Notes under the pieces: model-generated | Told to the model about the DNA's origin: nothing | Database searches by the model: none | What the model saw: only the letters and a program-made list of their open reading frames with translations | NCBI GenBank assembly: GCA_947585865.1 | Contig: CANPXH010000008.1 | Coordinates: forward strand, 11,884-75,883 | Direction of reading: 5' to 3' | Source: an uncultured Clostridia bacterium | Lineage (GTDB): Bacteria; Bacillota; Clostridia; Lachnospirales; CAG-274 | Length of the DNA: 64,000 bases | Shown here: positions 57,724 to 64,000 of the stretch, piece after piece | Layout of the letters: the number at the start of each line of letters is the position of its first letter | Position numbering within the stretch: the first letter of the stretch is position 1 | Program-made: the position numbers and the translations under genes

Positions 57724-58815
57724 TTAAGAATAGAATTTTTTGATATTGTCTATCCTTGCAGACATATTCATAAGCAGAAGGTCCGCAAGGGTAACTGCTG
57801 CCATGGCTTCCACCACGACGACAGCCCTGGGAACCACAATAGGATCGTGGCGCCCCATTATGACTACTTCCGTACTCTCCCCCGTATTTGTAATAGTCTT
57901 TTGTATTTTTGAAATGGAGGGCGTTGGCTTAAAGGCCGCTCTGAACACTATGTCAGCGCCGTCTGAGAAGCCTCCCAGCACACCGCCGGAATGATTGGTA
58001 TGCTTTTTAATTTTGCTGCCCTTCATATAAAAACCGTCATTATTTACAGAACCTCTGGACAAGGCTGCGCCAAAGCCGTCTCCGAACTCTATGCCCTTTA
58101 CTGCGCCTATGGACATTATGGCTTTTGCAACAGAGGCATCGAGCTTGTCGAACACAGGCTCGCCTATACCTATAGGCATACCCTTTATCCTGCATTCTAT
58201 TATGCCGCCCATAGAGTCGCCGTCTTCCATGACCTTTTCCAAAAGGCGAGACGCCCTTTCGGCAGCGGCGCTGTCGGGCATATAAAGGGGATTGTTCTTG
58301 CATTCCTCAAGGCTTATCTTCTCTGCCTTGACATCGCCTATGGATAGCGTGTAGGCATTTACTTTGACTCCCAACTCGGAAAGCAGCTTTTTGGCTACGG
58401 CGCCTGCTGCGACTCTTGCTGCCGTCTCCCTGCCGGAGGAACGGCCGCCGCCTCTGTAGTCTCTAAAGCCGTATTTGCTGTCGAAGCCCATATCCGCATG
58501 GCCCGGCCTGTAAATGTTTTGTATATCGGAATAATCTCTTGAACGCTGATCCTGATTATAGAGCACGAGCGAAATGGGTGTGCCCGTGGTCTTGCCCTCG
58601 AATACGCCTGAAAGTATCTCTATTTCATCGCCTTCCTGCCGTTTTGTGCCGAAGCGTGTGGAGCCCGGTCTACGCCTGTCCATATCTTTTTGAATATCCT
58701 TTTCCTTAAGGGGGATACCGGCAGGACAGCCGTCTATGACTACTCCCAAGCCTTTTCCGTGGGATTCGCCCCATGTAGCTATTTTGAATATATTTCCGTA
58801 AACAGAGCCTGACAT
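57724..58815 (-). CDS. aroC: Chorismate synthase
   Basis: Starts at MSGSVYGNIFKIATWGESHG. RRPG, GGGRSSGRET and GRHDP motifs. Confidence 0.95.
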   Translation of the reverse strand: MSGSVYGNIFKIATWGESHGKGLGVVIDGCPAGIPLKEKDIQKDMDRRRPGSTRFGTKRQEGDEIEILSGVFEGKTTGTPISLVLYNQDQRSRDYSDIQNIYRPGHADMGFDSKYGFRDYRGGGRSSGRETAARVAAGAVAKKLLSELGVKVNAYTLSIGDVKAEKISLEECKNNPLYMPDSAAAERASRLLEKVMEDGDSMGGIIECRIKGMPIGIGEPVFDKLDASVAKAIMSIGAVKGIEFGDGFGAALSRGSVNNDGFYMKGSKIKKHTNHSGGVLGGFSDGADIVFRAAFKPTPSISKIQKTITNTGESTEVVIMGRHDPIVVPRAVVVVEAMAAVTLADLLLMNMSARIDNIKKFYS

Positions 58816-58952
58816 AATTATCACCTCAATTATACTTGAAAAAGCTGTCAGTTTTGTGTATACTTATATGTAGCAATAAAACATAAATGAAAATGTTATT
58901 TTTAATTTTATCATTTTTTTATACTTATTACAACATTTTTTTAGGTGATATT

Positions 58953-60332
58953 ATGAAAAACTTAAAAAATTTAACCCCGCCTAAAATAATAGCGGCAGGA
59001 TTTCTTATTATCATAGTTATCGGCACATTTTTGCTCACTCTGCCCATATCTTCTCAGGCAGGGAAAAGCACAAGCCTCATAGACGCTCTTTTTGTAGCCA
59101 CATCAGCTACCTGCATCACAGGCCTTACGCCGGTGGTCACATCGGAGCACTGGTCGCTTTTCGGGCAGATAGTCATAATGCTGCTTTTTCAAACAGGCGG
59201 CTTGGGATTTATGACCTTTGTCACGCTTACTGTCATATTTTTAGGAAAAAAGATAACGCTTAGAGGCAGACTTGTTATAAAGGAATCCTACAACCTCAGT
59301 GACAATACGGGCTTTTCGGCCTTTATGATCTCACTTATAAAATTTACCCTTGTAACAGAAGGCATAGGCGCACTTGTGATGTGTCCTCAGTTCATAAAGG
59401 ATTACGGGGCAGACAAAGGAGTATTCATGGGCATATTCCATTCGATATCCGCCTTTTGCAATGCGGGCTTTGATCTTATAGGCGACAGCTCGCTCATTCC
59501 CTATTCCGGTAATTATCTTATATGCGGCACTATAATGGCTCTTATAATAATAGGCGGTATAGGCTTCCCTGTGATAATCGATATGTACCTTATGTTCAAG
59601 AATCTGTTTATAAAGAAATTCAGGCTCATGACCTGCTGGAGGAATCTAAGGCTCCATTCCAGGATAGTGCTGAGCTTTACCGCTTTTCTCATAGTGGCAG
59701 GTGCCTTGTCCATATTTGCGGGAGAATATACAAATCCCCAAACCATAGGGAATATGACTCTTCCCCATAAAATATTGTCGAGCACGTTTCAGTCCGTCAC
59801 TCTCAGAACGGCAGGCTACTGCTCAATATCCCAGTCGGGATTGCGCTACAGTTCAAAGCTCATATCCATAATACTTATGTTCATAGGCGGTTCGCCCGCT
59901 TCCACCGCAGGCGGTGCAAAGACGGCTACGGTCGCAGTAGTCCTTCTTGCGGTCATCACCATGATAAAGGGCGAGGACAATGTGACTGTGTTTAAAAGAA
60001 ACATAACATTCCAGACTATAAGAAAGTCATTATCGGTGATCGTAATGATGCTTATGTTTGAGATAATCGCAGTGGTGATACTTTCGGTCACCGAGAGAAA
60101 CTGCGGCTTGGCCTATACGGGAATAGATCTGTTCTACGAGGTATTTTCGGCCATGGGTACGGTAGGCGTTACCACAGGACTGACGCCTTATCTTTCCAAT
60201 ATGGGCAAGCTTGTCATAATAATATGTATGTATATAGGAAGAATAGGGCCTATCACAATGGCTATGATATTTATGGCCAACAGCAAAAAAAGCGAGATAC
60301 ATTATCCCGATGGCAATATATTGGTCGGTTAG
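58953..60332 (+). CDS. ktrB: TrkH/KtrB-family potassium uptake membrane subunit
   Basis: Starts at MKNLKNLTPPKII with an AGGTGA RBS. Repeated pore-loop architecture (TATCITGL, CNAGFD, TAGY, TVGVTTGLT). Confidence 0.9.
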   Translation: MKNLKNLTPPKIIAAGFLIIIVIGTFLLTLPISSQAGKSTSLIDALFVATSATCITGLTPVVTSEHWSLFGQIVIMLLFQTGGLGFMTFVTLTVIFLGKKITLRGRLVIKESYNLSDNTGFSAFMISLIKFTLVTEGIGALVMCPQFIKDYGADKGVFMGIFHSISAFCNAGFDLIGDSSLIPYSGNYLICGTIMALIIIGGIGFPVIIDMYLMFKNLFIKKFRLMTCWRNLRLHSRIVLSFTAFLIVAGALSIFAGEYTNPQTIGNMTLPHKILSSTFQSVTLRTAGYCSISQSGLRYSSKLISIILMFIGGSPASTAGGAKTATVAVVLLAVITMIKGEDNVTVFKRNITFQTIRKSLSVIVMMLMFEIIAVVILSVTERNCGLAYTGIDLFYEVFSAMGTVGVTTGLTPYLSNMGKLVIIICMYIGRIGPITMAMIFMANSKKSEIHYPDGNILVG

Positions 60333-60344
60333 GAGGAAAACGAT

Positions 60345-60995
60345 ATGGCAAACAATAAACAATTTGCAGTCATAGGACTGGGGCAATTCGGACAGTCTGT
60401 TGCAAAGACACTTATAGACAACGGCTGCGAGGTGCTTTGCTGTGACAAGAACCTTACTCTTGTAAACGACTTTGCGGCTTACGCCACAGACGTTATGCAG
60501 CTTGATGTTACAAACGACAACGCTATGCAAAGCGTAGGCTTTGAAAATTACGACTGTGTGGTGATAGCTATAAGCGATAATCTGGAGGCTACCATAATGG
60601 CTGCCATGCACGCCATAGAATCAGGCGTACATACGGTCATAGCAAAGGCAAAGAACGCACATCAGAAAATGGTGCTTGAAAAAATAGGCGTAACAAGAGT
60701 GGTTATGCCCGAGATAGACTCCGGCACAAAGCTTGCCATAAATCTTGTGCATACAAATATACTGGACTATCTTACATTTTCGGATAAGTTTGCAATAGCT
60801 CAGATAGCGGCAAGACGTGAGTGGTGGGATAAAAACCTTATAGAAAATAATTTCAGAGCAAAGCATGGCATAAGCATAATAGCCATAAAGAGGGGAAACG
60901 AATATATGGTATCTCCTTCTCCTCAGACGCTTATCAAAAAGGACGACACGCTTATAATAATAGGCGAGAACAATCAGTTAAAGGAACTGGACTAA
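60345..60995 (+). CDS. ktrA: TrkA/KtrA-family potassium uptake regulatory subunit (RCK N and C domains)
   Basis: FAVIGLGQFG Rossmann motif and a C-terminal TrkA-C domain. Adjacent to ktrB. Confidence 0.9.
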   Translation: MANNKQFAVIGLGQFGQSVAKTLIDNGCEVLCCDKNLTLVNDFAAYATDVMQLDVTNDNAMQSVGFENYDCVVIAISDNLEATIMAAMHAIESGVHTVIAKAKNAHQKMVLEKIGVTRVVMPEIDSGTKLAINLVHTNILDYLTFSDKFAIAQIAARREWWDKNLIENNFRAKHGISIIAIKRGNEYMVSPSPQTLIKKDDTLIIIGENNQLKELD

Positions 60996-61726
60996 TGTAT
61001 ATTCAAAGCGAAGGCAACAGGATAATAAAGGAAATAAGCTCTCTCAGGCTTAGGAAAAACAGAGACAGGCTTGGCCTTTTTGTGCTGGAAGGAGAAAGAC
61101 TTGTAAACGAGGCGAGAGGACATACAGAATATATTGTTGCCGCAGAGAGCTATGAGGGGAGCATTACCTCAAACTACACGATAAGTGACGGACTGTATTC
61201 AAAAATAAGCGATACCGTGAACCCGCAGGGCATAATGGCGGTGTGCCGCATAGAGGAACAGAAGCTTGAGGCAAAAAGCGAGGCTCCTCTTTATATACTT
61301 CTTGAGAACATACAGGATCCCGGAAATATGGGTACTATAATAAGAACCTGCGATGCAGCGGGAGCAGACGGCATATTTCTTTCAAAGGGCTGTGTTGATG
61401 TATACAACCCCAAGACGGTGCGTTCTACAATGGGTTCTCTTTTCCATTTGCCGATATACAGAGATGCCGACCTTACAGAGGTAATAAAAAAGCTTGACGT
61501 CACGACGGTAGCCGCTCATTTAAAAGGGGATAAAACACCTTACGATACAGATATGACAAAGGGCATTGCCATAATAATAGGAAACGAAGCCAACGGTATT
61601 TCGGATGAATTAAGCAAAAGGGCGGACCGCCTTGTGAAAATACCTATGCCCGGAAGAGCGGAAAGCATGAATGCATCCGTAGCTGCGGCAATTATGATAT
61701 ACGAGGCAGTAAGACAGAGAAGGTGA
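60995..61726 (+). CDS. TrmH/SpoU-family RNA 2'-O-methyltransferase
   Basis: LENIQDPGNMGTIIRT, IIGNEANGIS and ESMNASVAAAI SPOUT motifs. Confidence 0.85.
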   Translation: MYIQSEGNRIIKEISSLRLRKNRDRLGLFVLEGERLVNEARGHTEYIVAAESYEGSITSNYTISDGLYSKISDTVNPQGIMAVCRIEEQKLEAKSEAPLYILLENIQDPGNMGTIIRTCDAAGADGIFLSKGCVDVYNPKTVRSTMGSLFHLPIYRDADLTEVIKKLDVTTVAAHLKGDKTPYDTDMTKGIAIIIGNEANGISDELSKRADRLVKIPMPGRAESMNASVAAAIMIYEAVRQRR

Positions 61727-61730
61727 AAAA

Positions 61731-62189
61731 ATGGACAGAATAAGCTGGGATGAATATTTTATGAGTATGGCTGAGCTTGCAAGCAGACGTTCCACCTGCC
61801 TGAGACGACAGGTAGGAGCCGTTATAGTAAAAGACAATCAGCTCCTTGCTACCGGCTACAACGGTGCGCCGAAGGGGTTGGACAACTGCTGCGACCTCAA
61901 CGAATGTCTAAGGCAGAAGCTGGGCATACCCAGCGGAGAACGACACGAACTGTGCCGAGCGGTGCATGCGGAAAACAATGCCATAATACAGTGTGCCGTA
62001 AACGGCGTAAGCTGTAAAGGCGGCACTCTTTATGTGACCGCAAGCCCCTGTACCATGTGTACAAAGCAAATAATAAACGCAGGCATAGCAAGAGTCGTGG
62101 CAAAGGAGTATTACCCAGATGAAATGGGAAAGCAAATGATGCTTGAAAGCGGCATAAAATTTGAGATATTCGATAAGATATCAAAATAG
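61731..62189 (+). CDS. comEB: dCMP deaminase (ComEB family)
   Basis: SWDEYFM N-terminus with HAENNAI and PCTMCTKQI zinc motifs. Confidence 0.9.
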   Translation: MDRISWDEYFMSMAELASRRSTCLRRQVGAVIVKDNQLLATGYNGAPKGLDNCCDLNECLRQKLGIPSGERHELCRAVHAENNAIIQCAVNGVSCKGGTLYVTASPCTMCTKQIINAGIARVVAKEYYPDEMGKQMMLESGIKFEIFDKISK

Positions 62190-62289
62190 CTCTATTTCTT
62201 GACAAAATATTAAGACCGATGCATATTACAGTATCTGCATCGGTCTTGTCAATTTTGTGCAAACAAGCGCTGCTTAGGATGTTCGTTTG

Positions 62290-62718
62290 TTATTTGTAAT
62301 TTATGAACATAAGACCTGCAAGGCATATGGCTACACCGAGTATTTTGTTCCATGTAAGCGCCTCGTGATAGAAAAAATATCCTATTGCGATAAGAGCCGC
62401 CGCAAGGAAAACACTTTGGACTATAGCTGCCGTGCCTATCTGCCAGCCTGCCTTATAAGCATATATAAAGCCTACCTCAAGCCCCACGAGCACAAGGCCG
62501 AACACAAAGGGCACCCAATTCAGCTTGCCGTATTCTCTTATAAGGCTTGCATCCTTGTGCAGTATAAAAAACAATATGCCGCTTGCTGCCGCACCTACAA
62601 TATAAGTTACGGTAAGAGAAGCCAAAGGATCTATGCCTTCGGGCTGAGATCTTGCGCATATATGGTATATAACATTTGAAAGTATCGCTAAGGCAATAGG
62701 CCATACATAAGAAAACAT
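62290..62718 (-). CDS. Small DMT/EamA-like membrane protein (single EamA domain)
   Basis: Starts at MFSYVWPIAL with a GGAGGA RBS. About five TM segments. Confidence 0.6.
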   Translation of the reverse strand: MFSYVWPIALAILSNVIYHICARSQPEGIDPLASLTVTYIVGAAASGILFFILHKDASLIREYGKLNWVPFVFGLVLVGLEVGFIYAYKAGWQIGTAAIVQSVFLAAALIAIGYFFYHEALTWNKILGVAICLAGLMFINYK

Positions 62719-62760
62719 AATCTTCCTCCGAATAAAAATATATTTATACAAGACCGCAGA

Positions 62761-63327
62761 TCATCTGTAGTCACAGTATTCACAATGATCATTGATCACC
62801 CCTATGCCCTGAAGGTATGAATAAATTATAACGGGGCCTGTGAACTTAAATCCTCTTTTTTTCATATCCTTGCTTATTTGTCTTGAAAGCTCGTTTTCGG
62901 CAGGCATATCCTTTGCATCGGCAAGGCGGTGATCTATGACCTTGCCTTCCGTAAAGCCCCATATGTATTTGTCGAAGCTGCCGAATTCCTCCTGCACGCT
63001 TATAAAGGCTTTGGCATTTGTAACAGCCGCCCTTATCTTGTTTTTGTTGCGTATAATACCCTTATCCTTCATAAGCTCTTCGATCTTTGCTTCGTTGTAT
63101 GCGGCTACGATACTTGGCTCAAAGCCGTCAAAGGCTCTTCTGAAATTTTCTTCCTTGTTGAGTATAAGAGCCCAGCTCACGCCTGCCTGCATACCCTCCA
63201 GCACAAGCATGGCAAAAAGCTCATTATCATTATGCTCCGGCTTGCACCACCGTGTATCGTGATAAATAAGAAATTTATTCGAAGCATTTGCTTTATCAAA
63301 GCCAAAATCACATCTTCTTTTTTCCAT
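62761..63327 (-). CDS. tag: DNA-3-methyladenine glycosylase I
   Basis: RCDFG...YHDTRWCKPEHND...FAMLVLEGMQAGVSW...FDGF Tag signature with a C-terminal zinc-ligand region. Confidence 0.9.
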   Translation of the reverse strand: MEKRRCDFGFDKANASNKFLIYHDTRWCKPEHNDNELFAMLVLEGMQAGVSWALILNKEENFRRAFDGFEPSIVAAYNEAKIEELMKDKGIIRNKNKIRAAVTNAKAFISVQEEFGSFDKYIWGFTEGKVIDHRLADAKDMPAENELSRQISKDMKKRGFKFTGPVIIYSYLQGIGVINDHCEYCDYR

Positions 63328-63345
63328 ATTACACCTCACATATTT

Positions 63346-63804
63346 TCACCAAAGCTTATGGCTAGGTATACATTTCTCGGCATCTGCCAAACATTCATAT
63401 CCGATTTGAACAATACGCCTGCGCAGTATAGCTCCGACTTTCTTTTCCTTCGGAATACTGAACTTGATAATGCATATGTTTTCATTCCATTATAATTCCG
63501 ACCGGCATTTTAATATAGATATGCCCTTTGCATATTCCGATTTAATTATATACAAAATACAGCAGATTTTCAATATGAACATATGCGCCAATATATATCC
63601 CGTAAAAATACTTTGCAAATTCTCATTTATCCGTTTTATGCTTTCCCTCGAATACCGATCATGAATTATTGCTTTGAGACTGCATAAAAACGGAGGAATG
63701 TATATAGGAAGGCGTGCAGACTGCGGCTTATTGCGTTCACAGGCAAAAAGACAGCTTCCCTTGCGGTAAAGCTTTTTTTGAAATATTTCATTATCGTTCT
63801 TGAT
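63346..63804 (-). pseudogene. Start-less, stop-interrupted reading frame, possibly an AraC-type HTH remnant
   Basis: About 150 codons are open in one minus-strand frame, with no ATG/GTG/TTG start and one in-frame TAA (63492-63490). The segment IIHDRYSRESIKRINENLQS...YIIKSEYAKGISIL loosely fits the first AraC HTH. Confidence 0.3.
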
Positions 63805-63821
63805 TTATTTCAAGGCTTTGG

Positions 63822-63827
63822 TATAAT
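63822..63827 (+). promoter_or_regulatory. Extended -10 (TGgTATAAT) of the promoter for the terminal flavin-reductase gene
   Basis: TTGATT at 63800-63805, a 16-nt spacer, and a TG 1 nt before TATAAT. Confidence 0.5.
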
Positions 63828-63879
63828 TGATACAAGACGGTATATACTGTCAAATAAAACTATGAAAAGAGGTAATTTT

Positions 63880-64000
63880 ATGAGAAAAAAGCTGGATATC
63901 ACTGAGGGCATATTTCCTATGCCCGTGCTTATGGTAGCCACATACAATGAAGACGGCAGCGTAAATGTTATGAACGCAGCATGGGGCACAATGCAGGAGA
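63880..64000 (+). CDS. Flavin reductase-like FMN-binding protein (5' part, runs off the window)
   Basis: ATG at 63880 with a GAGG RBS. MRKKLDITEGIFPMPVLMVATYNEDGSVNVMNAAWG resembles the paralog at 40362-40937. Confidence 0.7.
   Translation, partial: MRKKLDITEGIFPMPVLMVATYNEDGSVNVMNAAWGTMQE

Noticed and set aside
1-64000. CRISPR arrays, IS elements or transposases, integrases, restriction-modification genes and prophage blocks.
   Set aside because: No regularly spaced repeat array was seen. No ORF has transposase, integrase or methylase motifs. The only phage-like gene is the isolated M15 peptidase.

Overview
This 64-kb window is a Firmicutes/Clostridia chromosome segment, probably from a Ruminococcus-like cellulosome producer. 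That inference rests on a type-I dockerin, SLH-anchored exoenzymes and AGGAGG-type RBSs. Most of it is housekeeping: metQ, glmM-glmS-mtnN, lepA-hemW, clpB, ftsQ-ftsZ, a dacB-type PBP, ileS with a T-box leader, lysA, aroC, ktrBA, comEB, tag and tRNA-Leu(CAA). Accessory content includes a pectin-degradation cluster with two PL1 pectate lyases, one carrying a dockerin. There is also a tandem pair of SLH-anchored M13 metallopeptidases, a TetR-controlled RND efflux pump and an SPFH/NfeD pair. The most unusual content is two ~1-kb mini-islands at 16430-17310 and 51611-52682. Each is bracketed by 30-33-nt hairpin direct repeats. Each carries a strong promoter, a structured or terminated short RNA and a small non-housekeeping gene: an 88-aa membrane protein in one, a DUF3800-type gene split in two in the other. 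The two islands share a 28/29-nt sequence, and neither encodes a recombinase. Other points are an orphan promoter-to-terminator sRNA between lysA and ileS, and MerR-type promoters with 19-bp spacers duplicated on both sides of an aldo/keto reductase. A palindrome cluster follows a MerR gene, and an AraC-like pseudogene remnant lies near the window end. No CRISPR array, IS element or prophage was seen. All functional calls come from by-eye motif recognition only.
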